Positions 18,561-28,531 of a stretch of DNA of 64,000 nt are shown here, piece by piece. The notes beneath the pieces were generated by a model, which was not told the origin of the DNA, did not search any database, and saw nothing but the letters and a program-made list of their open reading frames with translations. Every line of letters starts with the position of its first letter. Position 1 is the first letter of the stretch. This DNA comes from Candidatus Multivoradales bacterium (GTDB lineage Bacteria > Acidobacteriota > Thermoanaerobaculia > Multivoradales > Multivoraceae). The DNA is taken from the NCBI GenBank assembly GCA_965223325.1, contig CBDCWI010000002.1, forward strand, positions 712,351 to 776,350, given 5' to 3'. The translations under genes and the position numbers were made by a program.

Positions 18561-19384
18561 TGGCTCATGTGCCAGCCGCCGTTGGGCGATAGCACCTGGC
18601 CGGTGACGAACCGGGCCTCTTCGGAGGCCAGATAGACGGCTGCCCAGGCGATGTCGTCGGCGTCGCCGAAGCGGAGCATGGGCGTCTGGGCGGCGATCAG
18701 GGCGCGGGCGTCTTTGAGCACCCGAGTCATGTCGGTATCGATCCAGCCTGGCGCGATGGCATTGACCCGAATACCGCGGCTCGCCGTTTCGCGCGCCACC
18801 GCTCGGGTAAAGCCGAGAATCGCCGCCTTGGCTGCACAGTAGTGACTCGACCCACTGCCGCCCGCCGTCCCCATGATCGAGCCGAGATTGATGACCGAAC
18901 CACTGCCCGCCGGAGCCATCACCCGTAGCGCCGCCCGCGTGCAGTAGAACGTCCCGTTGACATGCACATCGAACATGTGGAGCCACTCGTCGTCAGTGAG
19001 CTCGATCGTTCTGTCGTCATGGTCGGTGATGTGGCCCAGAGTGGCAACCTGCTCGGCACGCTGCATCATCGCCTGGAGCCGCTCCTCGACCCACCGCTCG
19101 CTCTTGTTCTCGAGACCGTTGATCCCGGCGTTGTTGACCAGAATGTCGAGGCCGTTCCAGTGAGACGCGGCTTCCTCGATCGCCCGGTCGACCCCCGCTC
19201 GATCGGTGACGTCGAGGGTTTGCGCCACTCCGTCGATCTCCTGGGCAACACGCGCGGCACCCTCGCCGTCCCGGTCAGTGACCACGACCCGTGCACCCTC
19301 CTCGGCGAAGCGCCGGGCAATCGCCTCTCCCAGGCCGCGCGCGGCCCCCGTGATCAGGGCTGTCTTGCCGAACAGACGATCCAT
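18557..19384 (-). CDS. SDR-family oxidoreductase (FabG-like)
   Basis: TGAARGLG, LVNNAGI, YCAAK and RVNAIAPG motifs. Confidence 0.95.
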   Translation of the reverse strand: MDRLFGKTALITGAARGLGEAIARRFAEEGARVVVTDRDGEGAARVAQEIDGVAQTLDVTDRAGVDRAIEEAASHWNGLDILVNNAGINGLENKSERWVEERLQAMMQRAEQVATLGHITDHDDRTIELTDDEWLHMFDVHVNGTFYCTRAALRVMAPAGSGSVINLGSIMGTAGGSGSSHYCAAKAAILGFTRAVARETASRGIRVNAIAPGWIDTDMTRVLKDARALIAAQTPMLRFGDADDIAWAAVYLASEEARFVTGQVLSPNGGWHMSQ

Positions 19385-19396
19385 CCTCTTCTTCTC

Positions 19397-20965
19397 CTAC
19401 CGCGGTTCGTTGAGTAGCGCCTCGGCGCCTCCCAGACCCGGCAACCCCGTGACCCCCCCACCGGGGTGGACGCCTGCGCCGCAGAAGTAGAGGCCCTCGA
19501 AGGGTGAGCTGAAATGACCGGCGCCACGCCACGGCCGCAAGACGAAGGAACGCTCGAGCACGACTTCCCCGTGATCGATGTGGCCGCCGCTCACTCCCCA
19601 GGTGTCCTGCCATTCACCGGGGAGGTGGAGTCGGCGATGCTCGATCAGATCGACGACTCCAGGAGCACTCTCCTCGAGCCGTTTCAACAACCGACCGACG
19701 ACCTGACGCGCATCGACTTCTGCATCGTGAGGAACGTGTTGCGCAACGTAGCTGAGAAGGTAGCGATCGTGCGGCCCTGGGGCCGCGACCTTCTCGACGG
19801 TGGCCGTGCCGTCGAGAGTCTTCGACTCGCGACCACGACGGGCGTCGATCGCCGCGAGCTCGAGGTCGGTCGTCGTCCCGGCGATGACGATCGACCCGGT
19901 CAGTTCGCTCGAACTCGACTGGCCGCGAAACCGTGGTCGCGCCCGCAGGAGCAAGTCGAGCCGAACGACGGTGCCATGCGGTTTAGTGGCACGTAGGCGC
20001 CGGCCAACGTCAATCGGCAGGTAGCGATCGCCAACCAGGCGCTCGAGAGTCATGAAGGGATCGGTTGAGGCCAACACAGATTGGGTTTCGACGAACTGTG
20101 CCGGCGAGTCGGGAGGCGCACCGAGTGGACGCACCTCGACACCGCGAACGCGACCGTCGCCGAGCACGATGCGGTCGACCCGTGAAGCGAGAGCGATGCG
20201 ACCTCCGCGTCGTTCGACCGCCGCCACCAGGCCAGCGACGAAATCTGCCATCCCGCCCGCCGGTCGGCGCACCGGCGCCAGGCCTCGAGCGCTGGTCCCC
20301 CAGCTGCGATAGAAGAAAGGGTAGCTCGAACCGGGCGAGAACGGCCCAGTGCGCGTGCCGAGGAGTGCCCGCATGGTGAGCATTCCCTGCAGCCTGGGGC
20401 TCTCGAACCACTCCCCGAGAAGTGATGCCAGGGGCATCGACAGCGCGCGCAGAAGCGCTGGCGCCTGGGCCAGCCTCCCGGTTGCCTGCCAGCGGTCGAT
20501 CTCGGCTCCGGGACCACCGGCGCGCAAGAGAGGCTCGAGCTCACCACAGCGCTCCCCAACCCAGTGAACGAAGTCGGGCCAGCGCGCCGCATCGCGTTGA
20601 TGGTGCCGAGCGATCGCCGCCGCCGTTTGGGCGACATCGGGATAGAGCGCGAGCGCCGGGCCCCTACGGTCTTCGGGAGCGAAGGCGACCACCGGCGCGT
20701 CGACCATCACCGGACCGCCCCCATCTGCCCCGGGAAAGCCGATGAGCTCGCTTACGTCGTCGCGCAGAAGGGAGGTGTCGGAGGCGCCGCGCGGTGCCAT
20801 GACGACATCGGAGGCGCCAGGGAAGGCAGCATGGACGCCGGTCATTCCGCCCGCGGTCTCCGCTTGCTCGATCACCAGCACCGAGCGCCCCTCATCGAGG
20901 ACGCGTGTGGCAGCAATCAGGCCGTTGTGGCCAGCGCCAATGACGACGCAGTCGACGCGCCTCAT
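19397..20965 (-). CDS. Phytoene-dehydrogenase-like FAD oxidoreductase (divergent paralog)
   Basis: VVIGAGHNGL, GGHIDHGE and LYFCGAGVHPGGGVTGLPG motifs; ATGA overlap with the upstream paralog. Confidence 0.85.
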   Translation of the reverse strand: MRRVDCVVIGAGHNGLIAATRVLDEGRSVLVIEQAETAGGMTGVHAAFPGASDVVMAPRGASDTSLLRDDVSELIGFPGADGGGPVMVDAPVVAFAPEDRRGPALALYPDVAQTAAAIARHHQRDAARWPDFVHWVGERCGELEPLLRAGGPGAEIDRWQATGRLAQAPALLRALSMPLASLLGEWFESPRLQGMLTMRALLGTRTGPFSPGSSYPFFYRSWGTSARGLAPVRRPAGGMADFVAGLVAAVERRGGRIALASRVDRIVLGDGRVRGVEVRPLGAPPDSPAQFVETQSVLASTDPFMTLERLVGDRYLPIDVGRRLRATKPHGTVVRLDLLLRARPRFRGQSSSSELTGSIVIAGTTTDLELAAIDARRGRESKTLDGTATVEKVAAPGPHDRYLLSYVAQHVPHDAEVDARQVVGRLLKRLEESAPGVVDLIEHRRLHLPGEWQDTWGVSGGHIDHGEVVLERSFVLRPWRGAGHFSSPFEGLYFCGAGVHPGGGVTGLPGLGGAEALLNEPR

Positions 20966-22638
20966 GGCGAGGCTCCCGCTGCATCGCCTCTTGCGAGCGA
21001 GGCCAGGACCCGGCGGGCCGCGAGCCGTCCCGGACCGCCCGAGATTCCGCCGCCCGGATGAGACCCCGAGCCGCACAGCCAGTAGCCATCCAACGGCGTC
21101 TGGAAACCCGAGAGGTCGCTCCCCGGCCGTAGGGTGAACAGCTGCGAGAGTCGGATCTCGCCGTGAAAGATGTTGCCACCGGGAATACCGATCTCCTGCT
21201 CGACGTCGTCGGGCGTGAGCACCTGCCGGTCAAGAGTGATTTCGTCGAGGTTGGTCACGTACTGGCGCAGGACCGCCATCACAGCGTCACCTAGAGCGTC
21301 GCGCTGGTCGGACCAGGTGCCGTGGGCGAGCTGGTACGGCGCGTACTGAACGAAGCACGACATGACGTGTCCGCCAGGCGGCGCCATGCCCGGATCGATG
21401 ACCGATGGCACCACGAGGTCGAGGAACGGTTCGCGCGAAAAGTTCCCGGCGCGCGCATCGGCGTAGGCACGTTCGATGTAGTCGACACTGGGGGCAATAC
21501 TCGTGCCACCAGCGAGATGCGCGTGTGGATCCGGTCTCACCCTGAAGCGCGGCAGATCGCCGAGCGACAGGTTGACCTTGGCCGAGCATCCTTCGGTCTG
21601 CCAACTGTTCGCAGCTGCGACGGTCTCAGGCGGGAGCGCCCCGTGGGGAATGAGCCTGTCGATACTGAGCTGCGGCGCAAGGCTCGAGAGCACGACGTCG
21701 GCGTCGATCTCCTCGCCATCGTCGAGCACCACCCCGTCGACCCGCCCATCCGCCAGGCGCAGCTCCGAGACGGTCGCCGCGGTTCGAATGACGGCCCCAG
21801 CCTCGCGGGCAGCGAGCGAAATCGCCCGCGCGACCGCCCCAGTCCCCCCACACGGGAAACCCCACGCGCGGTACTCGCCATCGATCTCGCCCATGTAGTG
21901 ATGCAACAAAACGTAGGCCGAGCCCGGGGTGCGCGGTGAAAGGAACGAACCGATGATGCTCGATGTCGAAAGTGCGGCCTTGAGTGCATCGGTCTCGAAC
22001 CACTCATCGAGCAGATCCGCGGCGCTACCGACCATCATCTGCGCCAGCATGTCGCAGTGGTCACGGGGGGCACTCGCGAAGTGACCTGCGACTTCCGCCC
22101 AGGCCGTGGCAGGGTCACTATCTTGGGAAGCGGCGCGGCTCACCGGCGGCGGCGTCACGCGCTGCAGAGCATGCACCAACTGTGCGACCTGACTCATCAA
22201 GAGCTTGAAGCGTGAGTAGGCCTCGGCGTCCTTCTTCGAGAAGCGGGCGATGTTGTGGTAGGTGCGTGCGGGACACGCTTCGCGATAGAGGAAGCGACCG
22301 TCGGGGAGTGGGTTGAACGTGCTCTCGAGGGGAACGATCACCAGACCGTGTCGCACCAGTTCCAATTCCTGAACCACCTCGTGGTGCAGAAGGCTCACCA
22401 GATACGAGTAGCGACTGTGGAGGAAGGTGCCGTTCTTGCCCACCACCGAAACCTCACCGGTGCGCGTTGCGCCGCCAATGATCTCGTCGCGCTCCAGCAC
22501 CGTGACCCGATGCCCGGCGCGGGCGAGATAGGCCGCCGCCACCAGGCCGTTGTGGCCCGCACCGATGACCACCGCACGGAGGCGCGTACCCGCGCTGCCT
22601 TTTCCATCGCGGCCCTTTCGCTCGCGCACGAGGGTCAC
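20962..22638 (-). CDS. Phytoene-dehydrogenase-like / PYROXD2-like FAD oxidoreductase
   Basis: VIGAGHNGLVAAAYLARAG, SRYSYLVSLL, AYVLLHHYMG, WGFPCGGTG, GGNIFHGE and WLCGSGSHPGGG motifs; GTG start at 22638. Confidence 0.9.
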   Translation of the reverse strand: MTLVRERKGRDGKGSAGTRLRAVVIGAGHNGLVAAAYLARAGHRVTVLERDEIIGGATRTGEVSVVGKNGTFLHSRYSYLVSLLHHEVVQELELVRHGLVIVPLESTFNPLPDGRFLYREACPARTYHNIARFSKKDAEAYSRFKLLMSQVAQLVHALQRVTPPPVSRAASQDSDPATAWAEVAGHFASAPRDHCDMLAQMMVGSAADLLDEWFETDALKAALSTSSIIGSFLSPRTPGSAYVLLHHYMGEIDGEYRAWGFPCGGTGAVARAISLAAREAGAVIRTAATVSELRLADGRVDGVVLDDGEEIDADVVLSSLAPQLSIDRLIPHGALPPETVAAANSWQTEGCSAKVNLSLGDLPRFRVRPDPHAHLAGGTSIAPSVDYIERAYADARAGNFSREPFLDLVVPSVIDPGMAPPGGHVMSCFVQYAPYQLAHGTWSDQRDALGDAVMAVLRQYVTNLDEITLDRQVLTPDDVEQEIGIPGGNIFHGEIRLSQLFTLRPGSDLSGFQTPLDGYWLCGSGSHPGGGISGGPGRLAARRVLASLARGDAAGASP

Positions 22639-23900
22639 CGCCTTCTCCCTTTCGGGCGCCGCTTGCGAACTGCGCGCTTGCGCTTGGGGTTGAAGAACGG
22701 CAACCCGACGATGCGCGCCGGAGCCAGCCGGCGCTCGTACTCCACGGTCATCTCGACCTCGACCGTCGAGCCCAGCTGCGCGAAGTCGCTGTCGATAGAC
22801 GCCAGTGCGATCTGCTTGCGAATCAACGGCGAGAAGACGTGACTGGTGGCCTGCCCCACCTGCCGAGAACCGCAGTAGACCGGCACCGGGGTGCGGCAGG
22901 CTGGGTGCCCAGGGGTATCGGGACGCACTCCATGCACCCCGTAGACTTCTTCGAGGTTCGCCCACTCGATCACCAGGCCAACGTAAGAGAGGTCGGTGTG
23001 GGGTGCAGCATCGTTGGCGGCACGCTTCCCAAAAGACGAGTTGGCAAAGCGTTTCTCGAGCGCAGGGCGGCCGAGAAAGTCGTTGTCGGGCACCATCTCG
23101 ACCGTCCAGCCCATGCCCACTTCGTGAGGCAACACCCGACGCGCCAGCGGCCAAGCCAGGTCGGCAGGGATCCAGTCGACACCGATCAACGGCAGACCGG
23201 CTTCGATACGAGCGACATCGAGCGCTTCGAGACCGGCCGGCAGGAGCGCGTGGCCTCTACCGGAATCGTAAAGCGCATCCCACACCATCGTCGCGAGCTC
23301 AGCCTGGACCACGAGCTCGTAGCCCAGGTCGCCGGTGAACCCCGTGCGCGTGATCGTGACCGGCGCTCCCCCGACACGAGCGGAAGCGGCACTGAAGTAG
23401 CGCAGCCGATCGAGGTCTGCCCCGGTGGTTACGGCGCTCAGAATCGCCCGTGACCGGGGGCCCTGAAGCGCCAGCATCGCGTACCGCTCCGAGCGCTCGC
23501 TGACCTCGACGTCGAAGCCGCGCGCGCAGTCAGAGAGCCAGCGCATCACCGGCTCCGCCGCCGTCAGCCGAAAGGTCTCGTCGTCGAGGCACACCAGATT
23601 GCCGTCCTGGAGCAGGTAGCCGTCGTCATCGAGCCAGGCCGAATAGGCCACCCTGCCAGGCGCGAGCTTCGAGATATCGCGGGTGAGGAATCGGTTGAGG
23701 GCAAAGCGCGCCTCGGGCCCGGTGACTTCGAGCTTGAACATCGGCGACATATCGAACAGCGCCGCACTGGTTCGGATCGCCCAGTACTCCCGCAGATGAC
23801 TCTGCAGATAGGAAGCGGCCGCCGAGTAGCCGGCCCAGTCATTCCAACGCTGGGCAACCGAGAGACGGGAACTGCGACTGTGGAGAGCGGTTGGACGCAC
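22635..23900 (-). CDS. GcvT-like aminomethyltransferase / folate-dependent demethylase
   Basis: EYWAIRTSAALFDMS, LDDDG...DG, TRTGFTGDLGYEL, GLEALDVARIEAG and PFFNPKRKR motifs. Confidence 0.9.
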   Translation of the reverse strand: MRPTALHSRSSRLSVAQRWNDWAGYSAAASYLQSHLREYWAIRTSAALFDMSPMFKLEVTGPEARFALNRFLTRDISKLAPGRVAYSAWLDDDGYLLQDGNLVCLDDETFRLTAAEPVMRWLSDCARGFDVEVSERSERYAMLALQGPRSRAILSAVTTGADLDRLRYFSAASARVGGAPVTITRTGFTGDLGYELVVQAELATMVWDALYDSGRGHALLPAGLEALDVARIEAGLPLIGVDWIPADLAWPLARRVLPHEVGMGWTVEMVPDNDFLGRPALEKRFANSSFGKRAANDAAPHTDLSYVGLVIEWANLEEVYGVHGVRPDTPGHPACRTPVPVYCGSRQVGQATSHVFSPLIRKQIALASIDSDFAQLGSTVEVEMTVEYERRLAPARIVGLPFFNPKRKRAVRKRRPKGRRR

Positions 23901-23902
23901 GA

Positions 23903-24283
23903 CTACCCTTTAGAGCGTGGCCGCTCGATCCCGATCATGCGGCCCAGCGGTGACCCGGCGAACAGATGCAAGTGGAGGTGCGGCACTTCCTGGTAGGCGT
24001 TCGGGCCACAGTTCGACAGCACCCGATAGCCCCCGTCGACCACGCCGAGCTGCCGCGCAACCTCGCCCGCGGCGCGCACCCAAGCGGCGATCTCCGCGTC
24101 ACTCGCCCGGGCAGAAAAGTCCTCGAGCGAAACGTACGGACCCTTCGGAATGATCAGCACATGAACAGGCGCCTGGGGGTTGATGTCGCGAAAGGCGAGC
24201 ACGTGCTCGTTCTCGAAGACCTTGTCGCACGGCAGCTCACCACGCAGGATGCGCGCGAAGATGTTGTTGTCGTCGTAGTTCAA
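23903..24283 (-). CDS. HIT-family nucleotide-binding protein (Hint-like)
   Basis: NIFARILRGELP, FRDINPQAPVHVLIIPK and QEVPHLHLH motifs. Confidence 0.95.
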   Translation of the reverse strand: MNYDDNNIFARILRGELPCDKVFENEHVLAFRDINPQAPVHVLIIPKGPYVSLEDFSARASDAEIAAWVRAAGEVARQLGVVDGGYRVLSNCGPNAYQEVPHLHLHLFAGSPLGRMIGIERPRSKG

Positions 24284-24291
24284 GGATTCGC

Positions 24292-25398
24292 CTACCGTCC
24301 GATCACGGTGAGTTCGCGCTCGAAGGTCGTCAAGCTCTCGTTGCCGGTTTCGCCGATCCAGAGATCGTCCTCGATGCGTACGCCGCCAAACCCTTCGAGG
24401 TAGAGCCCGGGCTCGACCGTGATGACCGTACCGACGCCGAGGGGCTGATGGTTACCCTCCATCACCGACGGTGGCTCGTGGATATCGACTCCGAGACCGT
24501 GACCGGTGCGGTGAGTCATGAACGAAGCGAAGCGAGCCTCGTGGAGGCCCGCCTGCGCTCTAGTGTGGACCTCGTGTGCGGTCGCCGTCGCAGAGGCCGC
24601 GGCACATCCCGCGCGGTTGCCCGCCAGGACGGCCTCGTAGACCTCACGCTGGCGATCGGAGGGTTCGCCGCCAACGAAGAACGTGCGCGTGATGTCGCTG
24701 TGATAGCCGTGGTGGGAGGTGCCGAAGTCGATCAGCAGAAAGTCACCGGCCGCCAGCTCGTAGTCTCCTGGTTCCCCGTGCGGCAAGGCGCTCTTCGGCC
24801 CACCGAGCACGATCGGACCGAACGAGATGCCCTCGCCGCCGCCGAGCAGCAGGCAACTGGAGAGCTTGCCCGCAATCGCGCGCTCAGAAGCGCCAACCCG
24901 TACTTCAGCGATCGTTGCCCTGAGGGCCTCTTCGGAGATCGCAATGGCACGGCGGAGCGCCGCGGCCTCTTGCTCGGACTTGGCCATGCGAAGCGGTGAA
25001 ATGATCGGATCGGCCGACTCGAACTGAGCCCCGGTCAGATGACGTGCCAGGACCGAGTACTCCATGTAGCGCATCGCCAGCGGTTCGATGCCGACCCGCT
25101 CCACCGAGTCGAAGCGTGCACAAGCCTGGCGCACCGCGTCTTCGGGACCGTCTTTGTCGTCCCAGGTGAAGATCGCGTCGACCGCTGGAACGGCATCGGA
25201 GAAATTGCCCCGCTCGAGCAGCGGCAACACTGCGACTGGCGGGCCGGTCCCCGGGACCAGCAGTACGAACAGCCGCTCGTGAGAGGTGAATTCGTGGCCA
25301 GCCAGCCAGGTGAACGTCGGCGAGGGGAGGAGCGCCACCAGGTCCAGGCCGGCCGCCTGTATGCCGTCCTGCAGCGCCGTCAATCTGTCGTTAGCCAT
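24292..25398 (-). CDS. Xaa-Pro peptidase (M24B)
   Basis: LIDFG...GYHSDITRTF, HRTGHGLGVDIHE, TVEPGLY and GVRIEDD motifs. Confidence 0.95.
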   Translation of the reverse strand: MANDRLTALQDGIQAAGLDLVALLPSPTFTWLAGHEFTSHERLFVLLVPGTGPPVAVLPLLERGNFSDAVPAVDAIFTWDDKDGPEDAVRQACARFDSVERVGIEPLAMRYMEYSVLARHLTGAQFESADPIISPLRMAKSEQEAAALRRAIAISEEALRATIAEVRVGASERAIAGKLSSCLLLGGGEGISFGPIVLGGPKSALPHGEPGDYELAAGDFLLIDFGTSHHGYHSDITRTFFVGGEPSDRQREVYEAVLAGNRAGCAAASATATAHEVHTRAQAGLHEARFASFMTHRTGHGLGVDIHEPPSVMEGNHQPLGVGTVITVEPGLYLEGFGGVRIEDDLWIGETGNESLTTFERELTVIGR

Positions 25399-25549
25399 GC
25401 CCCTACCCTACCGCGGAGCTGGGGTTGATGAAGGCGGAGTTTCGACCCGTCCGACCTTCGGAAGACTTTCGGTCAGTGCTCCTCGGACGAGCGCTCGCCA
25501 GGCCTCTCGGCGAGCGACCTTGCGGTTCGTGACAGCATGCTTTCCCGCC

Positions 25550-26569
25550 ATGAGCTACTTCTCCTTGCGCTTCTCGTCCAACCCAACGGCAGCGACCCTG
25601 ATGATCGCCCTCTGCCTCCCTGGGTGCCTCCCACGGGACTCCGCACCGACCGAGACCGCCGACCTGATCGAGAACCGCGGCGAAGGCAAAGACAGCTGGT
25701 GGCAGGATCTGCCGCGCCCGGCCTGGCAGGCAGTCGAGGCGCTAGGCGAGCGTCAGGGTTGGTTCGAGGTCTACCGAGCAGCCCCTGGGGTGTTCGCGAT
25801 TCATGAACCGGGTCAGTTCGAAGAGGTCACCTCCTACCTGATCACGGGTGACGAACGAGCACTGCTCTTCGATACCGGTCTCGGGATCGCCGACATCGAA
25901 GCCGTCGTCCGTGAACTCACCGACCTGCCGATCGTGGTGGTCAATTCACACACCCACTACGACCACGTCGGCGGCAATCACGCCTTCGACTTCGTCTATG
26001 GCGTAGACACCGAGTTCACCCGTCGCCACGCCGCCGGACGCTCGCACCAGGAAGTCGAGGAGGCGGTGGGTGAAGGCTGGATCTGGAAGGCGACCCCCGA
26101 GGGCTTCTCGCCCGCAGACTTCGTAGGCCGACCATTCGAGATCAGCGAGCAGCTGGTCGACGGTCAGCGCATCGATCTCGGCGGACGCCAGATCGAAGTG
26201 CTCTTGACACCAGGCCACGCACCCGACGCGCTCTGCCTACTCGACCTCGCGGCCGGCCTTTTGTTTACCGGCGACACCTACTACCCGGCGACACTCTACG
26301 CCCACCTCGACGGGTCGGATCTCCTCGAGTACCAGGCGAGTGCTCGTCGTCTGGCGACCCTCGTCCCCGAGCTCAACCTTGTCCTGCCAGCCCACAACGA
26401 ACCTCTCGCCGCACCCGAGGTCCTGGAACGACTGGCACAGCTGCTCGACGCGGTCGTCCAGGGCGAGGTCCGCTGGTCGCCCAGCGACGGCAACCGTTTG
26501 TACCAGGGTTTCGACCTCGAGATCCTGGTCGCCGAAACTGCTCCTGGTAGAGATTCACTTCCCCAGTAG
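25550..26569 (+). CDS. MBL-fold metallo-hydrolase, probable lipoprotein (start uncertain)
   Basis: SHTHYDHVGG, TPGHAPD, FTGD and PAHN motifs; LPGC lipobox-like sequence. Confidence 0.85.
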   Translation: MSYFSLRFSSNPTAATLMIALCLPGCLPRDSAPTETADLIENRGEGKDSWWQDLPRPAWQAVEALGERQGWFEVYRAAPGVFAIHEPGQFEEVTSYLITGDERALLFDTGLGIADIEAVVRELTDLPIVVVNSHTHYDHVGGNHAFDFVYGVDTEFTRRHAAGRSHQEVEEAVGEGWIWKATPEGFSPADFVGRPFEISEQLVDGQRIDLGGRQIEVLLTPGHAPDALCLLDLAAGLLFTGDTYYPATLYAHLDGSDLLEYQASARRLATLVPELNLVLPAHNEPLAAPEVLERLAQLLDAVVQGEVRWSPSDGNRLYQGFDLEILVAETAPGRDSLPQ

Positions 26570-28531
26570 CTGCGGCGGCCGCAGGAGCATGCACGCCCGC
26601 TCCACGGCCGCATGATCGCCGACCAGCACCAGGTCGTCTCCGACCTCCAGCTCCATGAGTGGGTCGGGGTTGGCGTGTGATTCCGTATCGCGAACCACCG
26701 CGATCACGGCCGCGCCCGATCGCCGACGCAGATCGAGGCCGCGCAGGGTCGCGCCGGCCGCCTGACTGCCATCGAGAACGCGTACGATCTCACTGGTCCC
26801 CTCGGTGAGGGCATCGAGCACTGCCTGATTGACGCCGGCACCCATCCGCGCAGCCCGCAACATGCTGTAGTCCTCACCGCGTAGCGCCCTGGTCTGTGCA
26901 CGAATCACGTTGCGTGGCACATGATAGGCCTCGAGAGTCTCGTGCAACACCTCGAGCGCGCTCTCGAAGTCCGACGCCACGATGCGATCGGCACCCAGGC
27001 GCTTCAGCGCTTCGACTTCGAGAACATCGTGCACGACTGCAAAGATCTTGAGGTTCGGGTTCAGGCCCCGGGCAAGCTTGACGATCCGCCGCTCGGCCCG
27101 CGGATCGGCCAGTGGCAAGATCAACACCCGGGCGTTCTCGACGCCCAGGGCCTCGAGGATCGCCACCCGGGTGGCGTCGCCGAACAGCACGTCGTAGTGG
27201 GCTTCGCGCGCCGCATCGAGCGCCCCCTTGTTCATCTCGACGATTTTGAAGTCGATGTGGGCCCGGTCGAGAACCTGCGCGATCGTTCTGCCAATCAACC
27301 CAAAGCCCACCAGGATCGTGTGGTTCTCGAGCTCGCCGCCGGAGCGCTCATCGGAGCCGTCTCCGAGCGACAGCCGGCGGGCCAGCCCGGGTGCGATCTG
27401 AATGGCAAGCGGAGTCAACAGCAGCGATACCACTGCCGCGGCCAGCAGAACGTTGACGACCTCCTCAGGCAGCAACTGAACCCGAAGACCAATGGCCAGC
27501 AGGAGGAAAGAGAACTCGCCGAGTTGCGCCAGGCCGAGAGCGGCCATCAGCGCGGGGCGCCTCGCAAAGCCGGTGAGGCGAATCGCCAGAAAGGTCGCCA
27601 GCGCCTTCGCCGCCATCATCAACAGTGCGACGGCCAGGATCGTGACTGCATCGAGCACCGTTTCCGGGAGCACCACCAGCATGCCAATCGAGATGAAGAA
27701 TAGGCTGGTGAAGACGTCGCGGAAGGGTCCTACGTCGGCCATCAATTGGTGGTGATAGGGCGACTCTGCGGCCGCTACGCCGCCGAGGAAAGCGCCCAGA
27801 GCAGGCGAAAGTCCGAGCACCCCCGTCAGGTAGGCCATGCCGAGCCCGAGGAAGAGGGCGCTCAAGAGGAAAGCCTCGCGCGCGCCGGCGCCGGCCAGTG
27901 CCGCCAACGTCGGAGGCAGGATGATGCGCGCCAGAACAAAGGCCGCGGTTGCTGCAACGACCGCCCCACCGAGCCGAAAACCGAGCTGGCTCAGCGTTTC
28001 ACCGCCGGCGCCGGCGAGAAGCGGCGTCACCACGACCATAGGCACCAGGAGTAGGTCCTGGAACAGGAGGATTCCAAGCGACAGTTCGCCGTGCACGGTG
28101 CGCATCTCCCGGCGCTCGTTGTAGAGCTTGAGGACCACTGCGGTACTCGAGAGGATGACGAGAAAGGCGATGAAGAGGCCTTCTGAGTAGCTGAACCCGA
28201 GCATCAAAGTCGCTAAAAGGGTCAGCGCACCGACAAACAGCGCCTGCAGCGGTCCACCGACCGCAAACGCGCGACGCGCCCGCGCCAGCTTCTCGAGCGA
28301 AAGCTCGAGGCCAATCGTGAACAACAAGAGCACCACGCCGACCTCGGCGAACAACTCGACCATCTCGCGCTCTTTGACCAGCGCGGTGCCGGCCGGACCG
28401 ATCAGAAGGCCGCTCAGAATCAGGCCGACCACCGGCGGAATGCGTAGCCGCGAACAGGCCACCAGAACAGCGATCGCGGCTCCTAGAACGACCAGGATCT
28501 CGTAGAGAGCATGCGCCAGGTGTTCGTTCAT
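26555..28531 (-). CDS. CPA2 (Kef-type) cation:proton antiporter with TrkA-N and TrkA-C domains
   Basis: AEVGVVLLLFTIGLE, LLFQD, FFISIGML, LAQLGEFSF and GFGLIG motifs. Confidence 0.92.
   Translation of the reverse strand: MNEHLAHALYEILVVLGAAIAVLVACSRLRIPPVVGLILSGLLIGPAGTALVKEREMVELFAEVGVVLLLFTIGLELSLEKLARARRAFAVGGPLQALFVGALTLLATLMLGFSYSEGLFIAFLVILSSTAVVLKLYNERREMRTVHGELSLGILLFQDLLLVPMVVVTPLLAGAGGETLSQLGFRLGGAVVAATAAFVLARIILPPTLAALAGAGAREAFLLSALFLGLGMAYLTGVLGLSPALGAFLGGVAAAESPYHHQLMADVGPFRDVFTSLFFISIGMLVVLPETVLDAVTILAVALLMMAAKALATFLAIRLTGFARRPALMAALGLAQLGEFSFLLLAIGLRVQLLPEEVVNVLLAAAVVSLLLTPLAIQIAPGLARRLSLGDGSDERSGGELENHTILVGFGLIGRTIAQVLDRAHIDFKIVEMNKGALDAAREAHYDVLFGDATRVAILEALGVENARVLILPLADPRAERRIVKLARGLNPNLKIFAVVHDVLEVEALKRLGADRIVASDFESALEVLHETLEAYHVPRNVIRAQTRALRGEDYSMLRAARMGAGVNQAVLDALTEGTSEIVRVLDGSQAAGATLRGLDLRRRSGAAVIAVVRDTESHANPDPLMELEVGDDLVLVGDHAAVERACMLLRPPQLLGK

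Noticed and set aside
19397-22638. Carotenoid biosynthesis cluster
   Set aside because: No crtB, crtE or crtY is nearby; the motifs and GcvT coupling point to the PYROXD2-like branch.
17763-23154. Apparent N-terminal fusions in ORF-track entries 17763..18986 and 20962..23154 (also 54980..56953, 49435..51504, 41396..43129)
   Set aside because: The extensions overlap other real genes or promoters; coupled downstream starts explain them.
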